DNA of 60,218 nucleotides, counting the filler. It is 2 parts of 2 records of this genome, joined end to end, with 100 filler letters (N's around TTAATTAATTAA, not from the genome) between each part and the next. Parts side by side here need not be neighbours in the genome. Positions count along the whole stretch, not along the records: positions 28,605 to 60,218 come from SRR20825006_2678; 1 more part is not named here. One strand, written 5' to 3'. A model generated the notes under the pieces. The model worked only from the letters and a program-made list of their open reading frames with translations. It was not told where the DNA came from and searched no databases. The position numbers and the translations under genes were made by a program. Within the stretch, counting starts at the first letter, position 1, and every line of letters starts with the position of its first letter. Below are positions 40,166 to 50,300 of this stretch, in pieces.

Positions 40166-41326
40166 TCAGCGAGGTGTCGGTTCGCTGGCCGGGGTCGACC
40201 CGTCGTTGCCGAGTGCAATCTTGCTGTCCGCCATTGCGTTTCGATTCAAATCCCAACGCCGCAAAGTCGCGTCAAATCCGCCGGAGAACACCATGCCATC
40301 GACTGCGGCAAGCGTTGCCACTGATCCGACATGGCCTCTGAGTTGCCCGGACACATAAAGCGATCGACCGTCGTCGGCCAAGTCGACCAGGTGAATCACA
40401 TCGTCGCTGCCAGCCGCCGCAATGCGATGACTGTCGACGATCGCCAACGAGAACAAGCGTCCCGAGGTGATCTTTTGTCGCGAAAGCACTTCGTTGGTCA
40501 GCGTGTCCCAGCGTAAGATCACCCCATCTTCGTCGACACTGACCAAAACGTCCGAGTTTGGCATGAACGCCAAGTCGCGAACACGTCGTTCGTGTACGTG
40601 TTGGTCCGCGATCAGTTTGCCCGTCTTGGGATTGAACAGGTGCAGGTGCCCGTCGCGACCAGCGATCGCAAGTGCTTCGCCATCGTGGCGGTAAACACAG
40701 CAACGCAGATCGTTGCAGTCGCACAACAGTCGATCGTTTTGGCTTGGTTCGTTTGAAATCAAGAAGACTTCTTTATCGAATCCAACCGCAACCATTTGGT
40801 GGCCGGTCGGTGAGAAATTGACACACGCCAACGCGGGCGCGGATCCGATTTCTTGCAACACGGTGAATTGTTCGTTCCGGTCCCAGATCACCAAGCGACC
40901 ATCGTTTCCAGCGGATGCTAATCTGCTTCCCGTCGCATCAAAGGCCAACGTGCGAATCATGTCGCTGTGGCCGATCGGTGATTCTCCAGAACGCTGTCCG
41001 TCGCCCAAAGTGCGAACGACTTGCAACGTTTCCTGACGAAGCAAACGAATCACATGGTCGTCGCCCGCGACAGCCAACCATTCGCCACGAGGGTCAATCG
41101 CCAGTGCGGTCACAACCACCTGTTTCACGCGGTCATCGACCGGTGGAAGACGAACCACACGCGCCGTGGGCAGGTCGTTGGCGGTGATCAATTGAGTGGG
41201 CTCGCCCACCAACTGAACGCCATTGACGCCCAAAGGCGGTTCCGCCAACGCATTCCAAGCCGGTGAGGCCATGGATGCGGTTGCCAGTGCGACCAAGAGT
41301 TGACGTCGATTGATTGTGTTTCTCAT
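40166..41326 (-). CDS. WD40-repeat protein with twin-arginine signal
   Basis: 'INRRQLLVALATASMAS'; WD repeats 'GHSDMIRTLAFD...LVIWD', 'GHVGSVATLA...LRRWD'. Confidence 0.85.
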   Translation of the reverse strand: MRNTINRRQLLVALATASMASPAWNALAEPPLGVNGVQLVGEPTQLITANDLPTARVVRLPPVDDRVKQVVVTALAIDPRGEWLAVAGDDHVIRLLRQETLQVVRTLGDGQRSGESPIGHSDMIRTLAFDATGSRLASAGNDGRLVIWDRNEQFTVLQEIGSAPALACVNFSPTGHQMVAVGFDKEVFLISNEPSQNDRLLCDCNDLRCCVYRHDGEALAIAGRDGHLHLFNPKTGKLIADQHVHERRVRDLAFMPNSDVLVSVDEDGVILRWDTLTNEVLSRQKITSGRLFSLAIVDSHRIAAAGSDDVIHLVDLADDGRSLYVSGQLRGHVGSVATLAAVDGMVFSGGFDATLRRWDLNRNAMADSKIALGNDGSTPASEPTPR

Positions 41327-41488
41327 TTCGTATGCCCCCGCATGACGAACCAGGGTGAGGCGACGCGTTCCTTGCGTACGCACTCCAATCGGAAGGATCG
41401 GCATGATCCGTCCAGGTCGTGAACCGAAATCTGCGCGCAGCGTGTTTCGAGATCGGAATCGAGTGGGGGGAAGGGATCGAGTTCGTAT

Positions 41489-42520
41489 TCACTCGGTCGG
41501 GTCAAGAGCCGTTTGGCCACCTGTCATCCGGAGATACGCCACCGCTAACGGCAGACTCGCGATCGGAGTGGTGATCGCTTGGCCGATGTAGAGCAACAAA
41601 GCACCAACCGTGGACAGCAAAAAGTAGAACGTGACGACTTTCAGGCTCACCCGCCGATGCACCCACGACAATGCAAAACTCTGCTGCAGACTTTGCCCGA
41701 AAGAGGATCGGCCGTCGGCGATCAAGCAAACGCATGGCCAAAGTAGCCACTGCAACGCGAAGATCAGAACGAAATAAACGCAGCCGACGGAGAACGTACC
41801 AACCAGCGTCGCAGTTTCACGAGGAAAGGGAAGGACCAACATGAATGCGATCATGACGCCCACTCCCACCACCAGCAGCATTCCCATCATCACGGCGACG
41901 AACAACATGAACAAAGTCATGTGAAACAGCACACGCGGGGGAACGGACAGACTTCCACGAGACGGCATCGCGTCCGATCCGGGAGCGAATCGAACGGGGG
42001 TCTGGTTTCGGCCACGGCCATAGCGAGCCACGGCCAACGTCATCCTAGCCATCACGGACGTTGTGTAGGCGGTGGTCAAAATACCGACACAGACCACCAT
42101 TAACGTCGCGAGAACAAAGGTCGGTATTTGACTCGCGTCTTGTTGTGCCACGGTCCAGAGATCGCTCAGTTTGCTGCAGGGCCAAGCAACCAAAACAAAC
42201 CAGATCAACGTTGTCAGGCAAGACACGCTCAAAAGGACTTTCCAATTGCAGCGAAACAACTGAAGGGCGTCAAACAAAACACTCTCAACCGAGGATTCGT
42301 TGGGCTTCAACAATGAGACGGCTCGTTGCCGGTTGGCAAACGAATGCGGGTCGGCGGGGACCTGGTTGCCGGCAACCTGCAAGTCGATCAAATGCGAGCA
42401 AGCAGCGCATGAGCCGCTGTGAAGCGTTTGGTTGTTCGATTCGTTGTTGCGTGAAACAATGGGGAATTCGATCAATGCCACACAGTTGGGGCAGGTCACT
42501 CGCAGTGCTTGGTCGCTCAT
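41489..42520 (-). CDS. Membrane protein with N-terminal Zn-ribbon
   Basis: 'TCPNC...CAACSH' followed by about 6 TM helices. Start trimmed to MSDQAL. Confidence 0.7.
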   Translation of the reverse strand: MSDQALRVTCPNCVALIEFPIVSRNNESNNQTLHSGSCAACSHLIDLQVAGNQVPADPHSFANRQRAVSLLKPNESSVESVLFDALQLFRCNWKVLLSVSCLTTLIWFVLVAWPCSKLSDLWTVAQQDASQIPTFVLATLMVVCVGILTTAYTTSVMARMTLAVARYGRGRNQTPVRFAPGSDAMPSRGSLSVPPRVLFHMTLFMLFVAVMMGMLLVVGVGVMIAFMLVLPFPRETATLVGTFSVGCVYFVLIFALQWLLWPCVCLIADGRSSFGQSLQQSFALSWVHRRVSLKVVTFYFLLSTVGALLLYIGQAITTPIASLPLAVAYLRMTGGQTALDPTE

Positions 42521-42536
42521 CAGGAATTCCCAGCAT

Positions 42537-43469
42537 TCATGCTTTGGATTCGTCCGAATCGGCCGTTTCGCGATCGCCGTCCGATGATGTTTTGCTTTTC
42601 GAACCTTTGTCCGCGGAGGCATCTTTGCTTTCAGTTTCTTCGGCGTCGACTTCTTCCGATTCGGCTAACCAAGGATTGTCCCAATCGCCAATTTGCGTCA
42701 TGTAATCGGCGCAGGCCTGGCACGTTTCGCTTTCCTTTTCGATCCAATCACGTGTCTGCTGGACCAGTTCGATCTCTCGTTCCAATTCCAGTTTGCCCGT
42801 CAGAACCATGCACCGCAGGAACACGAAGTACGTGTCCAACACATCGCAGCGACAGTAGTCGCTGATCTCCTTCTGATTGCCGGCATCGTAAGACGCTTGG
42901 ACCTGATCGCCACTGAGTCCCATTTTGCCGGGTTTGTTCAACGTTTGGGCGGCTAAGTTGAGTCCTCCGTTGAATCGCGCGGCACCGAAGTTGGTCAGCA
43001 GTTCCTGCAAATCCAAGTGGGCATGCGTGCTGAACCGGTTGCGACGCGATTTGTAGCCGCTGTCGTCAAACCATTTGGGAATCGAAATTCCATACCGGAA
43101 CGCTGACAGTTCCATGATTGGGATGTCAAACGATCGGCCGTTGAATGTCACCCACTGTGGCATGTTGTACATCTCCCAGCCTTGCCAGAAGTACTTGGTG
43201 ATGACATGTGGGCGAAACTCGGGTTCGTCCAGCGATTTGATGTCCACCAAACGAAAGTCGGATGTGACTTTGGCGACCACAACCGCGATGGGAACCTGAA
43301 AAGTGTGGGGGATAAACGTCGATCCGGTTTGTTCCAATCGTTCGGCTTGATACTTCGCAATGGCCTCGTCCGGGGACAAGTCTTCACCCGAGTAGCGGAC
43401 GCGCGAGATGAGATCGCCATCGGCGATGCTTTCGACGTCAAAGATCAGGTGTGAGACTGAGTCACTCAT
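42537..43469 (-). CDS. Stand-alone PolB-like 3'-5' exonuclease (DEDDy)
   Basis: ExoI 'FDVES', ExoII 'TFNGRSFDIP', ExoIII 'YCRCDV'; acidic tail. Confidence 0.88.
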   Translation of the reverse strand: MSDSVSHLIFDVESIADGDLISRVRYSGEDLSPDEAIAKYQAERLEQTGSTFIPHTFQVPIAVVVAKVTSDFRLVDIKSLDEPEFRPHVITKYFWQGWEMYNMPQWVTFNGRSFDIPIMELSAFRYGISIPKWFDDSGYKSRRNRFSTHAHLDLQELLTNFGAARFNGGLNLAAQTLNKPGKMGLSGDQVQASYDAGNQKEISDYCRCDVLDTYFVFLRCMVLTGKLELEREIELVQQTRDWIEKESETCQACADYMTQIGDWDNPWLAESEEVDAEETESKDASADKGSKSKTSSDGDRETADSDESKA

Positions 43470-43617
43470 GGTGCTTCCTTTTCAACGATTGCCCGTGACC
43501 GGATGGGCCGAGATTGCCTTCGTCGCGGGACATTTTGATCGGTGCAAACAAACTACCACAGACTCACCGAGATTGGGTGTTTCCAGCTGTGGATGAATCG
43601 CATCGATCGAGGCGAAT

Positions 43618-44421
43618 TCAGAGCACTAAAAAGGTGAAACCGGCGATCACGGCGGCTTCGGCCAGCACACCTTTCGCGAATTCATGCCGGGTGCCATCGG
43701 TATGCAATGGTTCGATCGGGCATGCGTAACGTTGGCAAGTCTTGCAGTCGCCTGCTGAGTTGACGCACTGACAATGCGGTTCGCTACCCATTCGATACGG
43801 CCAAACGGCGGTGTTGGTGAGGAACCAGAACGTGGAGACCGCGTTGGTCAAACAGCCGTGTCCATTTCCGCAGCGTTCCAAATTTCGTTCTTCAAAGTGC
43901 AATGGTTGATGGAAGAAACAAACCGGGTAACGATCGTAAGTTGGGATTTCATACCAATCGCTTTCGATCACGTGCGATGCCATTGGTGTGAGCAATTCCG
44001 CTGCGTGGTTTTCCGGAAACGCCCCCGCGACATCCGCCTGAACCACGCGAATTTCGCGAATGGGTTTTTCGAGTGCCGCAAATCGCGACTGCAGCCTTTT
44101 CGCGGCGCGTTGCTGCGGGTCCGTTTGGGTGGCGTCTGATGAGGATGCTCGGTCGGTCAATTGGTGCGAGACCGTTTGGGCGGCTTGCGTGTGGCTTGAA
44201 TCGCCCTGCAGCATGGTTCGAAACGTGGCGGACTGTGTTGCGGGTGCCAATGACACCGAGTGCGATTGTTGGGCGTTCGCTGTCGCTGAGACGAAAGCAG
44301 AACAACCGAGCACCAGCAGCGCGATTCGCCAGGCACGACCGATCCAGAGTGGTCGAGAAACATCGGCGAAGATGATTGCGGTCGATCGCGATTGAGCCAT
44401 CATTGCTTGGGTGAAGTTCAT
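43618..44421 (-). CDS. Hypothetical exported protein with Cys-rich C-terminal domain
   Basis: Signal peptide; 'HQPLHFEERNLERCG', several Cys, hydrophobic C-terminus. Confidence 0.65.
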   Translation of the reverse strand: MNFTQAMMAQSRSTAIIFADVSRPLWIGRAWRIALLVLGCSAFVSATANAQQSHSVSLAPATQSATFRTMLQGDSSHTQAAQTVSHQLTDRASSSDATQTDPQQRAAKRLQSRFAALEKPIREIRVVQADVAGAFPENHAAELLTPMASHVIESDWYEIPTYDRYPVCFFHQPLHFEERNLERCGNGHGCLTNAVSTFWFLTNTAVWPYRMGSEPHCQCVNSAGDCKTCQRYACPIEPLHTDGTRHEFAKGVLAEAAVIAGFTFLVL

Positions 44422-44716
44422 AGCTTCGCTTCAATTTGCGTCCAGTTCCGGAGGGAACTCACGCAGGTCCCTCATGGTCTGAATCGGCGGAACCCGTTCC
44501 TTTCCCCATTTTGATCGCAACAACCGCTAAACCGGGGAGAATCGTTGCAATCGGAACACCTTAACGTTGCAATTTGGGCGGTTTCTTCCACCAGAACCAG
44601 TTCTTCGGTGGGGACGAGGCTTTTGAATGTTCCTGAAGCAAGTGCGGATTAGAATATTTCTTCGCGAAATCGTCTCGATACACGTTCGTCACTCGGTCAC
44701 CAAAGCCTCCTGAATC

Positions 44717-47326
44717 ATGCGATTTCTCCAGTCCAAATTGGCTCGCGATTGGAGGCCGAAGGCGTCGCGAATTTGGTCGCGTTCGTGGGCAAAATGGACT
44801 CGAGCCGATGCCGCCGAAGTCAGGCCGCCGGCCCGGTTTGTTCCGAGCATTCGTCCGCTCGAGAGACGGTTGGTTCTCAATGCGACTGCCGAGCTGACCG
44901 CGTTGGGTGAATTGTTGGTTCAAGGGGACGCGGGGTTTGACACCATCGAATCATCGCTCACTCCGGGCGGCGAACTTCAGTTCACAGATTCGGTAACCGG
45001 CATCATCCCCATCACGATTGGCCAAGACGTGATTGGCAATCCGATTCAGGTCGATTCGATCGGCGTCGACGCTATCACCGGTGGCCGCGTTCGAGTGAAC
45101 TTGGGGGCTGGCAACGATTCGTTGCTCTTGCGATTGCCTGATGGTTTGGATGCCACCGTTCGCGGCGGGCTCGGAAACGACAGCGTGGATGTCGAAGTGC
45201 TTTCGCCATCAACCATAGGAAACAATGTCGACGTATCGGCGGAGATGATCTCGGTCCGCGGGAACGCAACGACATCATTCGCGTTGTTGCCTGAGTTGGG
45301 AATGTCGGTCGTCAACATCAACGAACTGACCACCGAGGATGTCGGACGCGTCGACTTGGGAGAAGCAACCACCACGGTTCAAGACCGAGTGCAATTGATC
45401 GGGCTGCAAGACGATCTGGTTTTGGAATCGCATTTGACCACGCCGGTGTTGGAAGTCACCGGCCAAGGTGCGGTCCGTCAGTTGGCGACCAGTACTTTGG
45501 TGGTCGACGACTTAGATGTAACCGCGGATGCGGAAGTGACGTTGAATCAATCCGGCAACCAAATTTCCAACGTCCGAATACTCACGACCAATGCAGATGT
45601 GCAATTGGTCAGCCAGTCTGATTTGATTGTGGAGCAGATCGATGCCGGCAACGCGCGAGTCGAGGTGTTTGCGAATTCAATCAACGATTCCGCCGTGGAC
45701 AATTTGGCTGATTTTATTGCAGACGATCTTCTTCTTGAAGCAAACGACGGCATCGGCAACATACGAGAGTTGGAGTTGCAATCGGTGACTCAATTGGACG
45801 TTGATGCCGGTGATGGAAACGTGGACTTGGTTTGGTTGGCGGTGGACGAACCGGTGGTTGCGCGCGTCGAGTTTGGCGCGGGCGACTTTCGTTTGGAACA
45901 ATTCGGTGGACTTGATCTGACTCTCGAAAAAGTACTCGTTCACCAAGGTTCCATCTGGGTTCGCAACGATGGTGATGTGATCATCAAAGACGTGATGGCC
46001 GGCGATGGGTTCGTTGACGTGCACGCTGAGGGCGATTTGATTTTGATGGATGATGAATCCGTCGAGGATGGATCCGATCGCAAGTTGGATCCCGAAGTCG
46101 TGGCACTTGGGACCGACGGCCGAGTGCGGTTGTCATCCTCACAACGGATTGTGGCGTTGGATGATGTGCAGATCCAAGCGGCTTCCATTGATGCCGGCGC
46201 GGTGACACTTTCTGCACCCGCGATCGAACTCGGTCGGCAATTCGAAATCAATACCGGGGATGGCGTCGGAATCGCGAGACAATTCACACCGCGACCGGTG
46301 CTCGACCCCGAAGACCTTGTTCCACCCAATCCCGATTTGCCGCCCCGTCCGGCTGCTCCTCCGGTTGCGCCGGAACCTGGTGAATTGACCGAAGCGTTCT
46401 ATCAGCATGACTCCATTCGCACGAACATCCTGTCACAGTTTGATGTCAATGACGCCGAGGGAATCTTGTCGGTCAATCTCGGAACCGAAGGTGAAAACGG
46501 TCTGACATTGATTGTTGACTGGGGAGCCGAAACGGAACGGTTCCAACGTGTCGAAAATCTTCCTGGATCGTTTCAAACGACCAGTGTCAGCCATGTGTAT
46601 TTAGAAAACGACATTCTCGAATCGACATTGAATGGACGCGGAAGTGCCACCGACCCGTTGAACGTTTTGTTTGCGGTGGAGCATCATGAATCGATCCAGT
46701 TGATCGGCGAATCCATCACGCAACCCAACACGGACGGGCTTCTCGTTTCGTTGGATGTTCCCGGAAGCGTGATTTCATCAACGGACAATCCTTTGACACA
46801 AACCTCAGCTGGTCCGATTCTGGAATCAGGGGCAGCGTTCTTTGTCATTCCACGTGTGAATGTCCCGCTTGCTTTTTTACCTGTCCGAGATGTCATTCCC
46901 GAGCCGGTTGATCCGGTGACCCCCGTTGTGATAACGACCACCACAACGCTCACGAGCGTGACGTTTGAAACGTCCGAAGCTTCGTCCAGTCCAACAGCGA
47001 TTCGAGAAGAGTTCTTTCAACTCCGTGCTCTTTCGCCCGATCCCGACGCGGCGGATTTGATCGAACCGGTGCGTTTGCCGGACCGATCCTTGGAAAGTGA
47101 TTCCTTGAACCGACTCTTTTCGAAACTTCCCGATGGCGAGTACGAAATTCAATATGTGATTGGCGAGTCGGATGAACGCACGATTCTGCAGGTTGAACTG
47201 AGAGATGGACGTCCGATTCAAACCGGTGATGACTTGGAAGCGGGAACGCTGCGTTTGATTCCGCTCGACTTAGAAGAGTTGGATTCGGATCAACTCCCAA
47301 AAGAGGAGCGTGATCGTGACGAATGA
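44717..47326 (+). CDS. Large acidic beta-rich protein with planctomycete extracellular (LExRxxL) leader
   Basis: 'IRPLERRLVLNA'; 'VNLGAGNDS', 'GGLGNDSV' RTX-like turns; Pro/Thr linkers. Confidence 0.75.
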   Translation: MRFLQSKLARDWRPKASRIWSRSWAKWTRADAAEVRPPARFVPSIRPLERRLVLNATAELTALGELLVQGDAGFDTIESSLTPGGELQFTDSVTGIIPITIGQDVIGNPIQVDSIGVDAITGGRVRVNLGAGNDSLLLRLPDGLDATVRGGLGNDSVDVEVLSPSTIGNNVDVSAEMISVRGNATTSFALLPELGMSVVNINELTTEDVGRVDLGEATTTVQDRVQLIGLQDDLVLESHLTTPVLEVTGQGAVRQLATSTLVVDDLDVTADAEVTLNQSGNQISNVRILTTNADVQLVSQSDLIVEQIDAGNARVEVFANSINDSAVDNLADFIADDLLLEANDGIGNIRELELQSVTQLDVDAGDGNVDLVWLAVDEPVVARVEFGAGDFRLEQFGGLDLTLEKVLVHQGSIWVRNDGDVIIKDVMAGDGFVDVHAEGDLILMDDESVEDGSDRKLDPEVVALGTDGRVRLSSSQRIVALDDVQIQAASIDAGAVTLSAPAIELGRQFEINTGDGVGIARQFTPRPVLDPEDLVPPNPDLPPRPAAPPVAPEPGELTEAFYQHDSIRTNILSQFDVNDAEGILSVNLGTEGENGLTLIVDWGAETERFQRVENLPGSFQTTSVSHVYLENDILESTLNGRGSATDPLNVLFAVEHHESIQLIGESITQPNTDGLLVSLDVPGSVISSTDNPLTQTSAGPILESGAAFFVIPRVNVPLAFLPVRDVIPEPVDPVTPVVITTTTTLTSVTFETSEASSSPTAIREEFFQLRALSPDPDAADLIEPVRLPDRSLESDSLNRLFSKLPDGEYEIQYVIGESDERTILQVELRDGRPIQTGDDLEAGTLRLIPLDLEELDSDQLPKEERDRDE

Positions 47327-50300
47327 TAAAGATCGACAAGGCGAACCAGATCACGGTTTACCGGAGGATGAGAATGCGACCGAAAATCATTTCAGTTTGG
47401 ATGAGACGGTTGAGGAAACCGATTCGATTGAACGAAACGATCATCGCGGGCTGAGCGAAACGGTCGATCATGTCGACTTGGATGCAACCTTGGACGAAGG
47501 CAATATCATTCCGGTCGCTCCTTCAAACGATCCGGATGCGACGGTCGCTGATTTGGACAAAACCGTCGAGGAAACCGACCAGACGGTGCAAGATACCGAT
47601 CAAACCATCATTGAAAATGAGCTGACCGTAACGAACGCCGATGCAACGATTGCGGATGCGTCTTCGACGGTTTCAGATGTGAATGAAACGATCGCGGAAG
47701 ACGCTGACTTTGACCCAGATGAGACGCTGCTTGAGGCGGACCAAACGGTATCGGACTCCAATGTCACGGTTGTCGACGAAACGTTGAACGACGTGGACGC
47801 AACCGTTCAAGAGTCGGACCTGACCGTGGTGGAAACAGAGGCCACCGTTGATCTCAATGCGACGTTGGATAAAACGGCGGAAAAAACGATCCCCACCATC
47901 CACGCCAATTCCAAGACTCGAGAGGATGCGAACGAGGCGACCGAGGGAACCATCCTGACCGACGAAGACATTGGTCAAACCATCAACCCTCGCGAATTGA
48001 CATCCGAGGACGTGAGTTATTGGTCCAAACTGTCGCAGGAATTTCACACCGGTGCGGCGACGGTTGCGTCGTTTAGTGAGTTTGGATCGGCGGTTGCCGG
48101 TTCGTCGTTACCTCTGCGTGGGCGGCAAGTCACGACTCCGCAGGAAAGCGAAACCGAAGCGTCGGACTACCGATTGGTTCGGTTGCTTGGCAAAGGTGGG
48201 ATGGGCAATGTTTTCGTTGCTCGGCAAGGATCTTTGGATCGATTGATCGCGGTCAAGATCATCAAGCCGTTGGAAGAAGACAAACGCGACGCACTTCGGA
48301 AACAGGGGCGATTGGAGTCCACTGAGAACAGCCGGCGTCAGCAGTTCTTGACCGAAGCGGTGATCACCGGCGACTTGGATCACCCCAACATCGTTCCAAT
48401 TCATGATGTGGCGGTGACTGGTGAGAACACTTTGTTCTACGCCATGAAGCGAGTCGTCGGCACGCCTTGGAACAAAGTCATCGGTGAGAAGTCGCGGGAT
48501 GAGAATCTCGAGATTCTCATCAAAGTGGCCGACGCAATCGCGTTCGCTCACACGCGAGGGATCATTCACCGAGACATCAAACCTGAAAACGTGATGCTGG
48601 GGGATTTCGGTGTCGTGATGGTGATGGATTGGGGGATTGCGTTGGCGATGCCTCAGTTTGAAAAACTCAATTCAATCACACCCGCGAAAGGATTGGGTGG
48701 CACACCATCGTTCATGGCGCCTGAGATGGCGACGGGACCGTTAGAGGCGATCGGTCCAGCGGCGGATATCTATTTGCTCGGTGCAACGCTGTTCATGATC
48801 GTCACCGGCAAGGCACCGCACCACGCAAAGAATGTTCGAGAGTGTTTGCGAGCGGTCGCGACCAACGAAATTCGCGAAGTGGACCCACGGCACGAAGGCG
48901 AACTGCTTAACATTGCTCGCAAAGCGATGGCGACTCGCATCGAAGACCGCTATTCGAGCGTGATCGAGTTCCAAGAAGCCATTCGCGAATACCGATCGCA
49001 CTCCGAAAGCATCTCGTTGGCGGCCAGGGCGACAGATGATCTGAACAAGGCCGAGCAGACGCTTTCGTACACGTTGTTCTCACGAGCGACGTTTGGGTTT
49101 GAGGAAGCACTTCATCTGTGGGATGGAAACCAAACAGCGCGAGAGGGCATCGCTCGGGCGCGGTTGGCTCACGCTTCCGCAGCTCATGACAACAAAGACT
49201 TTGATCTTGGTTTGTCGTTGCTGAAACCGGATGGCTTGTTGCTGCATGATTCGCCCGAGCACGAAGCCCTGGCGACGAAGCTGGAACAAGCCATTCAAGA
49301 CCGCAAGGCTCGTGAGTCGCGGTTCAAGTTCTTGAAGCGTGCCGTCGCTGCGATGTTGTTGTTCATCTTTGTCGGCGGTGCGTTCGCATTGGTGACGATC
49401 AACGCGAAAGAACAAGAGGCACGGCAATTTGCAGAGAATGCGGAGCTGAGACGCAAGGAAGCTGAGGAGCAAAGGAAAATCGCAGAAGGTGCGACCAAAC
49501 AAGCGAGAAACAATTTGCAATTGGCCGAGGATAACTTGGATCGCGCTTTGGCTGGGGAAGAGTTAGCGAAAAAAAACGCGGAGAAGGCGGACGCGAATGC
49601 AAAGGAAGCCGTCGAAAACGCGAAGCTCGCTGTTAAGAATGCGAAGGAAGCGGAACGCAACGAAAAACGCGCCGAGTTAAATGCAGAGGAGGCTCGCATC
49701 AGTGCAAACGCCGCCCTGGTTGCTCAGGAGAAGGCCGAGATCGCTCGAGCCGAGGCGGAATATGAGTCGTATGTTTCGCAGATCGGGCTGGCCAAAGCGC
49801 GTGTGGATCGGAACGAGTTCTCCGACGCTCGACGTATCCTTTCGGAATTGACCGAAGACTATCGAGAGCGGTTTCCCAACGATCCATTGCCGTGGGAACT
49901 GCGCTGGTTGTCAGCGACCGTTCATCAATCCAAAACAGTCGCTTCGCTACCCGTGATCGCGGATCAATTGTTGTTGGCTCAGGCTCCAACGAGTGAGTCT
50001 CGGCGTGGTTTGATTGTTCAAGATAATGGAAAGATTGCGACGTTTTCTCTTGCCAATACTGATCGATTGGCGATGGCGGAAGCATGGAGCGATCCCGATG
50101 GTGGATTCGTCACGGCTGCGGCGATGAATGAATCAGGTGAACAAGTTGCACTCGGAATGCTCGACGGAAAAATCGAAATTTGGAACGAGGATTTGTCCGT
50201 TCGCGTTTCACGATTGCCGGCGCACGACGGACCGGTTAGCGATCTTGGTTTTGCCGACTCGAATACTTTGGTTTCGTCATCCACAGATCGCACCATTCGG

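Noticed and set aside
47530-47870. 21-bp periodicity as a CRISPR array or VNTR
   Set aside because: Degenerate at DNA level and in frame within the kinase. It is a protein-level repeat.
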